Origin: Desulfomonilia bacterium
GTDB taxonomy: Bacteria; Desulfobacterota; Desulfomonilia; UBA1062
DNA length: 64,000 bases
Reading direction: 5' to 3'
NCBI GenBank assembly: GCA_963664325.2
Contig: CAXXDQ010000006.1
Span: 102,815 to 166,814 of the forward strand
Made by a program: the position numbers and the translations under genes. The notes beneath the pieces are model-generated. The model was not told the DNA's origin. It worked only from the letters and a program-made list of their open reading frames with translations, and made no database searches. Numbering within the stretch: position 1 is the first letter of the stretch; the number at the start of each line of letters is the position of its first letter. Positions 20,366-29,300 of the stretch are shown here, one piece after another.

Positions 20366-20641
20366 ATGATTAGCAGCATAGTTAAGATGATTTTCAAAAG
20401 TTTCTCCAGGTGCTTGAGAATAATTAAACAATATTTGAGAGGTCCTTCGGAGAGGATAGACCTGTCCGATATTTTCCCGCTGGGCATTGAAGATGTCATA
20501 AAGAGCGGACATTATGAAAAGCGATTCAGGCTATGCAAATCAGATGATGAATATAACAAAGAGGTTGTGGATTATTACAGGTGTCACTGGGACTCCTTTT
20601 TCCTTGATCAAAATAACAGGGACGGTCATTTCAGAGCCTGA
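20366..20641 (+). CDS. hypothetical protein (91 aa)
   Basis: RBS AGAAGGAG and a consensus sigma28 promoter directly upstream. Confidence 0.55.
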   Translation: MISSIVKMIFKSFSRCLRIIKQYLRGPSERIDLSDIFPLGIEDVIKSGHYEKRFRLCKSDDEYNKEVVDYYRCHWDSFFLDQNNRDGHFRA

Positions 20642-20728
20642 ACTGTCCGGGGACTGATTATTAAATCTTGAGGATGCCTGAACTTTGCATTATACCTTTC
20701 ATACCAAATCATTGCGGAGGATCATCTG

Positions 20729-21301
20729 ATGGAAAGCCGGGTTGATTCTATATTCAAAGAGGCATTGGAGCTTCATTCGAAACTGACTGAACTTGCCCCG
20801 GTTATAGCCGAGACAGCCGGTGTAATGACAGACTGCATAAAGAGAGGCGGAAAAATAATGTTCGCCGGAAACGGCGGTTCAGCAGCCGATTCCCAGCACC
20901 TGGCCGCCGAGCTTGTCGGCAGGTTCATGAAGGACAGAAGACCTCTTGCAGGAATTGCGCTTACAACGGATACGTCAATTATTACGGCAGTGGCCAACGA
21001 TTATTCTTTTGACGAAATATTCTCCAGGCAGGTTCTCGGGCTTGGAAGGAAGGGTGATGTGTTCTTCGGCATATCGACGAGCGGCAATTCTCCAAACATA
21101 CTTAAAGCGATAGAATCAGCAAAATCCGGCGGAATCATAACAATCGGCCTTACAGGCAACGGCGGCGGGAAAATGGCTCAGATAGTGGATTACCTTATTG
21201 ATGTGCCCTATAAGGGCAAATCCGCAAGGATTCAGGAGGTCCATATCCTTATCGGGCATATTCTCTGTGAACTTATCGAAGATGCTGTATTATCGGTTTG
21301 A
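20729..21301 (+). CDS. gmhA: D-sedoheptulose 7-phosphate isomerase
   Basis: GNGGSAADSQH, ISTSGNS, ARIQEVH. Confidence 0.96.
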   Translation: MESRVDSIFKEALELHSKLTELAPVIAETAGVMTDCIKRGGKIMFAGNGGSAADSQHLAAELVGRFMKDRRPLAGIALTTDTSIITAVANDYSFDEIFSRQVLGLGRKGDVFFGISTSGNSPNILKAIESAKSGGIITIGLTGNGGGKMAQIVDYLIDVPYKGKSARIQEVHILIGHILCELIEDAVLSV

Positions 21302-21344
21302 CTTTTATTATACCTGGCACTAATGAAGCATAAGCAGCGAACCC

Positions 21345-21699
21345 GGGGGCGCTATGGGCTCGACGGGGGTAGTTGAGGTTCAGGGAGCATGCCGAGGTCT
21401 GTCGCCTCGTTAAACAGGCAGGCGCACATAAGTGCAGACGATTACAACTACGCAATGGCTGCCTAGTAACCAGCCACGTCTTGCATAACCCTGCCTGCCG
21501 GGTTATGTCGGGCGTCAAATAAGGACAGGCAACCCTTTAATGTTTCGCCTCAGGGCTTTAAAGGGTAATTACTGAGGCTGGGAAGAAGCGGGCCTGCCTG
21601 CGGGCGCAAAGCTTCCGAGATTTAAAACACAGGACAAGCATGTAGCCGCTCTGTGCCGAAGACCTTCGGACGGGGGTTCGATTCCCCCCGCCTCCACCA
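21345..21699 (+). ncRNA. ssrA: tmRNA; tag peptide ADDYNYAMAA (21434-21466)
   Basis: 5' GGGGGCG...CTCGAC; 3' T-arm GGGGGTTCGATTCCCC and acceptor CGCCTCC-A-CCA; tag ORF ending in AA-stop. Confidence 0.96.
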
Positions 21700-21984
21700 G
21701 TAACTAAATGATAATAAAAGGTAAAAATAAATTATTGCACTTAAAAACATATATAAAACTTTTGTAGTAGGTATTGTGGAAATCTGTACCGAAAATTTCT
21801 GTTCTGCTGATAAATGTCTCCGATTGCAATATTCGCATCACGGAACCTGTGGATTGCTTCAAACAATTTAAAATTTCATAATACATCATTCAGAATCTTG
21901 ACTAAAACTTTCCCTCGGGTATATTGGAATATAATAAAGTTTAGCTTTGTTGTTAGATGCTACTTAAATAAATGAGGGGGAATC

Positions 21985-23343
21985 ATGAAAAAATTTGTCG
22001 TATTTTTGTTTATCACTATGCTTACAGCTATGTTGAGCGGTTGCGTCATATCAAAAACGCCTAACACCAATGACGTCAGCTTGCCGTCGGGCGAGCAGAT
22101 GACATTCAGCGTAACCGTTCTCCCGATCCCTGCAACCTATGCCTGGACTCTGGACGGGGCGCCTCTAACGGGTACGGAAAAATCGTATGAGTACATTGCC
22201 ATGGGAGGGGAACATATTCTTGAAGTGCAGGCAACGCATGCCCTCGGTACGGATACACAGACCTGGAATATCTACGGAAACAGCCACCCGGTTGCCAATG
22301 CCGGAGCCGATCAATCGGCAGATGTTGGTGCAATGATTATCCTGGACGGTTCCGGCTCGACCGATTCCGACAACGACATCGTCTCCTACCAGTGGCTGCA
22401 AACCGGCGGGCCGACAGTGACGTTGATTAATGCCGATGCTGCCGTTGCGCAATTCTCGGCCGCTGTTGCTGAAGAATCAGTGCTCACTTTCGAACTGACG
22501 GTTAGGGATGCGGTCGGGTTGACAAGCACGGACACCTGTGTGGTAACAGTTTCCAAATCCAATGATCTCATTTTCGGTATGTACTGGGATGGCGCTCAGG
22601 AACACTTTATATCAATAGATATCGAAAATGAAGAAATAAACGATATTTCCACAATTCCCGGATTTACAAACCTGTTTGGAAACAGCGCATTTGATTCGAC
22701 AAACAGCTACTATATTGCAAGTTCGAATCTTGGAATAACCTTTATTGATTCCCTAAATGGGAGCCTCATCAAAACAATTCCCGATAATCATGGGATTGTG
22801 GGTCTTACATATGATAAAACCAGCATGAAATTGTTCGGCATATACTGGAGCGGCACGCAGGAACACTTTGTTTCAATAGATATCGAAAATGAAGAAGTGA
22901 ACGATATTTCAACAATCCCCGGTTTCACAAACCGGTTTGGAAACAGTACGTTTGATCCGGAAAACGGCTACTATATTACAAGTTCGAATCTTGGAATAAC
23001 CGTTATTGATTCTCAAGATGGGAGCCTTGTCAAAGCGATTTCCGACGATCATTTAATTGGTGGACTTGCATATGATACAACGAGCAAGAAGTTGTTCGGT
23101 ATGTACTGGAACGGCACTCAGGAACACTTTGTATCAATAGATATCGACAATGAAGAAATAAATGATGTTTCCATAATTACCGGTTTTACAGGCTGGTCCA
23201 GAGATAGTGCATTTGATTCGACAAACGGCTACTATATTACACAATCGAATCTTGGAATAACCGTTATTGATTCACAAAATGGAAGCCTTGTTAAAACAAT
23301 TCCCGATACTTTTTGGATTGGTGGGCTTGTAGCAGGTTATTAA
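21985..23343 (+). CDS. lipoprotein: conserved N-domain + PKD-like domain + 3x87-aa repeat (probable beta-propeller)
   Basis: Lipobox LSGC; PVANAGADQ...LDGSGS.D.D.DIVSYQWLQ; three tandem repeats. Confidence 0.85.
   Translation: MKKFVVFLFITMLTAMLSGCVISKTPNTNDVSLPSGEQMTFSVTVLPIPATYAWTLDGAPLTGTEKSYEYIAMGGEHILEVQATHALGTDTQTWNIYGNSHPVANAGADQSADVGAMIILDGSGSTDSDNDIVSYQWLQTGGPTVTLINADAAVAQFSAAVAEESVLTFELTVRDAVGLTSTDTCVVTVSKSNDLIFGMYWDGAQEHFISIDIENEEINDISTIPGFTNLFGNSAFDSTNSYYIASSNLGITFIDSLNGSLIKTIPDNHGIVGLTYDKTSMKLFGIYWSGTQEHFVSIDIENEEVNDISTIPGFTNRFGNSTFDPENGYYITSSNLGITVIDSQDGSLVKAISDDHLIGGLAYDTTSKKLFGMYWNGTQEHFVSIDIDNEEINDVSIITGFTGWSRDSAFDSTNGYYITQSNLGITVIDSQNGSLVKTIPDTFWIGGLVAGY
22570..23343 (+). 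repeat. three 261-bp intragenic tandem repeats
   Basis: TACTGG anchors at 22582, 22843 and 23104 (261-bp spacing); near-identical protein units. Confidence 0.9.
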
Positions 23344-23527
23344 GTAAATACGAGGGGGATACCAACGTTGTTTAAGCACCGGGTGCCACGAGGCAAACTG
23401 AAAAGCTTGCCAGTGTGGCCTCCCTCCCCTCAAGCAGTTTTCTCAATTCCCTTACCTTGAACTTTGGTCAGTATTAAAAAGGCCTTATTAAGGCATTGGC
23501 TGATATCCGGATTAGTCCTCAACAAAA

Positions 23528-24139
23528 TTAATTCTTCAGCGCCTTTTCAAGCTCTTCCATCTTTGCACCGACAATTTTCTGGCCGGATTCCATAAAGAAG
23601 GTGGGGAGGTTGTGTATTTCCATTATACTGCTCAATTCCATCGATTTATCAACGATCATTGCAGCCTTTGCGCATTCGGAATCTGGTTTCAACCCCTCTG
23701 TTTTCCAATGTGTATTATTATAGGCATCAAGGTCCAGGTGTTTACACACGGCCTGTATAGCGTGCTGCCTGGGCAATTCGTTGAATCCGCAGAACAATAT
23801 CTTTAGTTCAGCATGGTATTCATCAAGAAGGGGTTTTATCTCCCTGGCCGCTTGGATGCAGTGCGAACATTCAGTGCTTGAAAACATGTAGACCGTGTGT
23901 CTGATGCTCCCCCTGGGTTTATAGGTGATTCCCGCTGAAACATCGAGCGAGTGTCTCAATTCCAGAAATAATTCTTCAGGGGTCTTCTTGTCATTTATGT
24001 TTCCATCCCGGTTTGAGTCCGGCATGTCGGGTCTGTCAGCCAGAACTGAAACAGGAAACATGAAAAGAGACATTGAAAACGATATTGCAAGGACGACAAA
24101 TTTCAAGGTTTTCATGATATCAGTATTCATCCGTTTCAT
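23528..24139 (-). CDS. DsbC/DsbG-like thioredoxin-fold periplasmic protein
   Basis: Signal peptide; FSSTECSHC; cis-Pro loop NLPTFF. Confidence 0.75.
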   Translation of the reverse strand: MKRMNTDIMKTLKFVVLAISFSMSLFMFPVSVLADRPDMPDSNRDGNINDKKTPEELFLELRHSLDVSAGITYKPRGSIRHTVYMFSSTECSHCIQAAREIKPLLDEYHAELKILFCGFNELPRQHAIQAVCKHLDLDAYNNTHWKTEGLKPDSECAKAAMIVDKSMELSSIMEIHNLPTFFMESGQKIVGAKMEELEKALKN

Positions 24140-24156
24140 TTTTTATCGCTGAAAGA

Positions 24157-24897
24157 TTACGGCTTTTTATTATCCCTGATCACTTCTGCGGTAACCGGGA
24201 TGAGTTTCTGGGGCATCTGCTTTAAATCTGTCCTGATGAATATTGAACCTTCGATTACTCCCGGCTCTTTTCCTGAAATCAGGGTCAGAAGGAGCGTCTT
24301 TTTCTCCCCGGGTTTTATCACCATCTTCTCCTGAGGAGACAATATCAGATGTTCGGCCGGTGTTACTTCGATTTCCGATATGCTAACAGGTTCCTTGCCT
24401 GAATTGTTGATGGTGATTATCTGCTGATATTTTGATCCCGGTTTTATCTGGCCCAGGCTTATATATTCGGGTTTTATTGACAGTACTTCCTGGATACAGG
24501 CCTCGACAATAAATGTTACATTCTTTTTATCAGGATCGTTTGTCAGAACCTCGATTTCTTTTTTAAAGTTTCCCCTCATATTGTAAGTAGGAATCCTCAC
24601 ATGTATTTTATCGCTCTTGCCCGGCTCTATTGACCCTATCGGAGCTGTGACCTTGAAACCGTTGCAACTGTCACAGGACTTAAGCTTCAGTGTAAGCGGT
24701 TCATTGCCGGAGTTTACAATTGTGAAATCATATTCGATTGCCTTACCCTGCATTACATTTCCTGCTGAATAAGAGTATCCATCGACTGTTATCTTTGCTG
24801 CGCCAAATGCCGTATTACCGACCAATCCGGAAAGCAGCATTATAATAATGACCAGAGTACTCCTGTTCATATAACACCTCCATATTCCTTGATACAA
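24157..24897 (-). CDS. DUF1573 domain secreted protein
   Basis: YDFTIVNSGNEPL, IEPGKS, VLTNDP; second Ig-like repeat INNSGKEPV. Confidence 0.8.
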   Translation of the reverse strand: MYQGIWRCYMNRSTLVIIIMLLSGLVGNTAFGAAKITVDGYSYSAGNVMQGKAIEYDFTIVNSGNEPLTLKLKSCDSCNGFKVTAPIGSIEPGKSDKIHVRIPTYNMRGNFKKEIEVLTNDPDKKNVTFIVEACIQEVLSIKPEYISLGQIKPGSKYQQIITINNSGKEPVSISEIEVTPAEHLILSPQEKMVIKPGEKKTLLLTLISGKEPGVIEGSIFIRTDLKQMPQKLIPVTAEVIRDNKKP

Positions 24898-24962
24898 TTC
24901 ATAACCGGAATCCGCATAATGTTTTTGATCAACGGTTGCACCGTTATAAAGATTATCTGTAA

Positions 24963-25139
24963 CTATTCCTTCACCACAAGCATGTGAATGGCCTTGATGG
25001 CGAGTTCAACCATATCACCATTTTTTAAACCGGGTGTATCAACCATGGCCGTTACATTGAATTTGACAAGCGACGTGATATCGCCCTTTTTGACTGATTT
25101 CACATGTGCGGATATTTTATTTATTGCACCATATCTCAT
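24963..25139 (-). CDS. TOBE/molbindin-like small protein (58 aa, degenerate); below the ORF-track size cutoff
   Basis: MRYGAINKISAHVKSVKKGDITSLVKFNVTAMVDTPGLKNGDMVELAIKAIHMLVVKE; RBS GAGGAG. Confidence 0.75.
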   Translation of the reverse strand: MRYGAINKISAHVKSVKKGDITSLVKFNVTAMVDTPGLKNGDMVELAIKAIHMLVVKE

Positions 25140-25446
25140 AATGTCTCCTCATCATCAGCTTTATCCGTACTGTTTTTTTGGTTCTGAGCTTCTGGTTCTT
25201 TATTCGTTTAATGCATGCCTGCCATTCATTAGTGCTTTTTATATCCACGCTCAAATGATCTTATCATAAAGGAATGCTTTTGGCCAATATTCGTAAATAA
25301 TCTGCCTGTTTACCAGCAGACTAATTTGAAAAAGACTGGAATAATCCGCATGAAAACAGGGATTGTCCGGGTAGCCCCACAGGAATGGACAATTGATAAA
25401 TTTTTCCGGAAACCTGATTATTTTTCAGGTTCAAAAGTAATATTTT

Positions 25447-26553
25447 TCAATTTGATATAATGCTCTTTTCCTGGTGCGGTCCCGGCAATTCCTCCACTCT
25501 TCGCGTGGCAAATCTTATGATGCCGCCGCCAATGAGCTTTTCACCGTCATAGAGGACAATCGACTGCCCGGGCGTGATTGCCTCCTGGGGTTTTTCAAAA
25601 CTCACATGCAGGTATCCACCGGTAATTTCCGCACTGCAGGCTGCAGGCCTGTGCCCATAACGGATCTTGCCCGATACCTTTTCAGCCGGAATTTCTGTAA
25701 ACATGTTGAGGGTATCCGCAACAAGGCCCACTGCAAGAAGATATTTGCGTTCTCCTGCGATTATCCGGTTCTTTTCCGCGTCAATGGAGATGACATATAA
25801 CGGCATCGGACTGCTTATGCCAAGACCTGTGCGCTGGCCTATGGTATAGGATGCGATGCCCCTGTGGCGGCCTATTGTATTGCCGTTTATATCAACGATA
25901 TGCCCCGGCTCGTGATTTGACCGGCCTTTCATGAAACTGCTTATGCCGTCAGCCGGGATGAAGCAGATGTCCTGGCTTTCCGGTTTATTCGAAACCGGCA
26001 GGTTTTTGTCTGCAGCAATTTTCCTGACCTCTTCCTTGGTCAGGTCCGACAGCGGAAACAAAACATTAGGCAGAGCCTTTTGGGGTATCGCATAGAGGAA
26101 ATAGGTCTGATCCTTTCGCTTATCCCATGCCTTCGCCAATGCAAGCCCGCTATCTGTCTCGACTATCCCGGCATAGTGGCCGGTGGCAAGAAAATCAAAG
26201 CCCATGGCCAGCGCCTTTTCAAGCAAGGCGCCGAACTTGATCTGAGCGTTGCATGCCACACAGGGGTTCGGGGTTATGCCCAGCCTGTAATCCCTGACAA
26301 AGGGCCCGATTATCTCTTCTTCGAGTTCACGGGCAAAGTCCAGTATGTAATGCCTGATGCCTATTGTCCTGCATACGCGCCTGGCATCCTCGATCTCTTC
26401 CGGTCCGCAGCATTTTGTCTTTCCGCCAGGCGACGGGGCGACCCCCAGGCACATTGTAACACCAACCACTTCGTATCCCTGATCTTTGAGCAGGCTTGCG
26501 GCGACTGCCGAATCGACGCCGCCACTCAAACCGACCATAACCTTTTTCTTCAT
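25447..26553 (-). CDS. mnmA: tRNA 2-thiouridine(34) synthase
   Basis: SGGVDS, TPNPCVACN, ATGHYA, KDQTYFL, ESQDICF, YTIGQR, TPGQ. Confidence 0.96.
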   Translation of the reverse strand: MKKKVMVGLSGGVDSAVAASLLKDQGYEVVGVTMCLGVAPSPGGKTKCCGPEEIEDARRVCRTIGIRHYILDFARELEEEIIGPFVRDYRLGITPNPCVACNAQIKFGALLEKALAMGFDFLATGHYAGIVETDSGLALAKAWDKRKDQTYFLYAIPQKALPNVLFPLSDLTKEEVRKIAADKNLPVSNKPESQDICFIPADGISSFMKGRSNHEPGHIVDINGNTIGRHRGIASYTIGQRTGLGISSPMPLYVISIDAEKNRIIAGERKYLLAVGLVADTLNMFTEIPAEKVSGKIRYGHRPAACSAEITGGYLHVSFEKPQEAITPGQSIVLYDGEKLIGGGIIRFATRRVEELPGPHQEKSIISN

Positions 26554-26754
26554 GTTTTCCTTAATAAACAAGAAGTCCCACCGGTATTCCTGGTGATGGT
26601 GTGACAATTACATCCGGTGCATTTGGATTGATGCAGATACTCATATTCCATCGAAGAAAGGACTTATTATCCATGATATATATTGTCAAGTGACAATTAC
26701 CTTCAAATTGAGGAGGGCTCACATGATGACGGATTATCGGGTATCGGAATCAGA

Positions 26755-27171
26755 TCAAACCGAAAAATCCTGGGATTTGAAATTGCTGTAATACCTTCCG
26801 GATTGCGCCGTGAATTTAAGCACGCAATAATCGGGGTCCGAAACACCTTTTCTGTAATACATTTCATCGCCGTCTTTCCAGATCATTTCCTTCGAGGCAT
26901 TGTCGTGCAGAACTTTCATCGACCCCTTGAGCATGACGCCCCTGAAAAACCTCTTGTCAAAGAAATAGACGCAGGCCTTGGGGTTGGATGCGTATTGTTT
27001 CACCCTCATGGAAGAGGTGTTTGTCGTAAAGAACAGGCATTTTATGCCTTCTCTTTTCCTGGGAGGCAGCATCGCCTTTGTGTTGGGAAAGCCTGTTTCG
27101 TCAATTGAGCTTATTATTGAGACATTAACCGCATCGATCATGCTGCCAATTGTCTTTTCAGGGTCTTTCAT
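26755..27171 (-). CDS. pyridoxamine 5'-phosphate oxidase-like FMN-binding protein
   Basis: SSIDETGFPNTKAM, FTTNTSS, DPDYCVLKF; RBS AAGGAGG; starts 37 nt after hgcB. Confidence 0.85.
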   Translation of the reverse strand: MKDPEKTIGSMIDAVNVSIISSIDETGFPNTKAMLPPRKREGIKCLFFTTNTSSMRVKQYASNPKACVYFFDKRFFRGVMLKGSMKVLHDNASKEMIWKDGDEMYYRKGVSDPDYCVLKFTAQSGRYYSNFKSQDFSV

Positions 27172-27208
27172 TTTTCGTCCTCCTTATTTTTCGTAGAACT
27201 GTTTTGAT

Positions 27209-27478
27209 TCAACTGCAATCGCATGAAGCCTCGCCGCCTGTTCTCATGGAACGCAGGATCGCCGATGCACAGCCGACGCCGGCGTCCACCTCTATTGCCC
27301 CGAAACTGCAGTTCCTCTGGCAGGCCCCGCATTCCATGCATGCGTTCCTGTCCTGTAAAACAGCCCTTTTATCTTTTATATCAAATACATTATGCGGGCA
27401 TACCTCAATGCACCTGGCGCAGCCCATGCACTTATCCGGATCAAATCTGATACTGGAAATATTTTTAAGATATCTCAT
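27209..27478 (-). CDS. hgcB: mercury methylation 2[4Fe-4S] ferredoxin HgcB
   Basis: CMGCARCIEVCPHNVF and CMECGACQRNC, AGVGCA, C-terminal Cys residues; ATGA overlap with hgcA. Confidence 0.95.
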   Translation of the reverse strand: MRYLKNISSIRFDPDKCMGCARCIEVCPHNVFDIKDKRAVLQDRNACMECGACQRNCSFGAIEVDAGVGCASAILRSMRTGGEASCDCS

Positions 27479-28626
27479 ATGATCCCCCACAGTTTGATTT
27501 TGTATGCAATGAATATGAGTGCTGAAACAACTATTGCCGCCTTGTATATTGGCATTGAATATCTGATTTCCTTTTTAACCCCGGAGATGGATGTAAAAGT
27601 GGTGGCTCCGGTGAACTGCAGTGCCAGATATGATGAAAAAGCAGGGAAAACCAGGAGGCTGAATGCGGCATAAAAGATGTTTGCAGGCCTGAAATAAGGT
27701 ATAAACATAAGGCAAAGGCCAGTGATGATAGTCCCCACGATCCAGCCTTTTACAGCAAATGATCTGAAAGGGATAAATGGAAGGAGAACGGGTGTCAAGA
27801 ATGCCCCGCTGATGATAGAGAGTATAAACATGAAAAGCATGGGCAGGCCGTCAGCAAGAATGCTTTTATATAATATGCCGCTGGGCTGAATGCCTGAAAT
27901 CAGCAGAATGGCAAGCGCCAGAAGAGGCAGAGCCTTGAAGGCCGGATTGAGTTCGATCGGGGTCAGGATCAGTCTGTCCAGGAGGCCGAACTTCACCTCG
28001 CGCATTTCTTTTGTGGCCTTGTATCCGGCTGCCATATACGCCTTTATATCGCAGGCCCTGACCGGCCCGTAAGATACCCTGAACCCTGTTTCTTTCTGGA
28101 CAGCATCTGCATCGACCCCTGGTGCGCCAAGCTGGGGTACGATTATTCTCCTGTGATTCACAAGATTTTCGATCTTGTGTTGTTTTATCCGGCCGGTAAG
28201 TTCATCTGTACCGAATGTTCCTCTTCCTGCCGCACACCATACATTGATTCCTTTGGTGTCGATGACGAGTATCCATGCGTTGATATCGTCAAGGTCTTTC
28301 CTCAGGACATCAAAACTGAGTTTGTAGTTTGCGCTGACGAATATATCGGAATTCTCATCAGGGCAGCCCAGGGCATAAATTCCGGGCGGGACGGAATAGT
28401 CCATCCTGAACGCGGTGGAGCGTGATTTTATCATGCCCAGATAATCGGCCTTGTACCATTTTGATGAAATATTGGGGACATTGCCGGCCATGGTCTCGAT
28501 AAGTCCCGATACCCAGGGCGGCAGGTTGATGGTGCAGCATGAGGTTTTCACAACGGGTTCCGGGGTACTGCAACTGCAGCCCTGGGATTTTTTATTCTCG
28601 TTTTTCTGTGTTCCGCAACAGTCCAT
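27475..28626 (-). CDS. hgcA: mercury methylation corrinoid protein HgcA
   Basis: SANYKLSFD, GINVWCAAGRGTFG cap helix, PQLGAPGV, YGPVRA, C-terminal TM helices, FTGATTFTS.SGV.KE. Confidence 0.95.
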   Translation of the reverse strand: MDCCGTQKNENKKSQGCSCSTPEPVVKTSCCTINLPPWVSGLIETMAGNVPNISSKWYKADYLGMIKSRSTAFRMDYSVPPGIYALGCPDENSDIFVSANYKLSFDVLRKDLDDINAWILVIDTKGINVWCAAGRGTFGTDELTGRIKQHKIENLVNHRRIIVPQLGAPGVDADAVQKETGFRVSYGPVRACDIKAYMAAGYKATKEMREVKFGLLDRLILTPIELNPAFKALPLLALAILLISGIQPSGILYKSILADGLPMLFMFILSIISGAFLTPVLLPFIPFRSFAVKGWIVGTIITGLCLMFIPYFRPANIFYAAFSLLVFPAFSSYLALQFTGATTFTSISGVKKEIRYSMPIYKAAIVVSALIFIAYKIKLWGII

Positions 28627-28635
28627 AACTTCACC

Positions 28636-28974
28636 TCACTTCTTTGTCTTGCAGCATCCGTTTTCAGAGAGAGCGCTGAAAAGCCTTGTCAGGCATTGCA
28701 CCATTTCGCTTAACTTATCTTTATTGATGCAATAGCAGGATTTGGGGCCGTCAATCTCTCCGCCTATGATCCCTGCATTCTTAAGTTCTTTCAGGTGCTG
28801 GGACACGGTTGACTGGGCGAGGGGGATGACATTTACGATTTCTCCGCATATGCAAGTGTTTTTTTGGGCAAGCTCTTTTAAAATGGCCAATCTCGCCGGA
28901 TGAGACAATGCCTTGGCAAAATCTGCGATCTCCAGGAGTTCCATATCGAATTCATTCTTTTTATTCTGTGCCAT
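28636..28974 (-). CDS. arsR: ArsR/SmtB family regulator upstream of hgcA
   Basis: AKALSHPARL, CICGEI, LAQSTVSQHLKELK.AG.I; C-terminal CC. Confidence 0.9.
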   Translation of the reverse strand: MAQNKKNEFDMELLEIADFAKALSHPARLAILKELAQKNTCICGEIVNVIPLAQSTVSQHLKELKNAGIIGGEIDGPKSCYCINKDKLSEMVQCLTRLFSALSENGCCKTKK

Positions 28975-28980
28975 AAAAAA

Positions 28981-29009
28981 CGTATATCGTAAATATACGA
29001 TAATAGCAA
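28981..29009 (-). promoter_or_regulatory. arsR-hgcAB promoter with a palindromic operator
   Basis: TTGCTA-N17-TATACG; perfect 7-4-7 palindrome TATCGTA-AATA-TACGATA at 28985-29002. Confidence 0.7.
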
Positions 29010-29300
29010 GCTGAAAATTTAAAAATTTTTTCACGATCTATAGTGCACATGAACGTAACCTCTAATAGAAAAGGGAATATCAAATAATTCCTGGAAGGGA
29101 GGCTGTTTAACCCCTGATCTGAATAGCCCAGGAGAAGCATCGATATACGGCCATATTGAACATTTTGTTTCCGCAGCCTATAGTTTTTTAACCGGAACAT
29201 TGAAAGCTAATAAATCAGGCAGATAAATATACAATGAATATAAAGCATATGATACCGGACGATCATTGTCTGATGAGGCAGGGCGGATGGCTTGATTTAC

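Noticed and set aside
23385-23425. c-di-GMP-I riboswitch (GGCAAAC...GAAA)
   Set aside because: Lacks the GACGCAAAG junction and second stem, and lies downstream of a gene between convergent ORFs
24988-25269. 93-aa plus-strand ORF
   Set aside because: Shadow of the minus-strand TOBE gene, which has an RBS and family motifs
28560-28640. Selenocysteine in the HgcA N-terminal extension
   Set aside because: All Cys codons are TGT/TGC, and there is no in-frame TGA after the RBS-supported start
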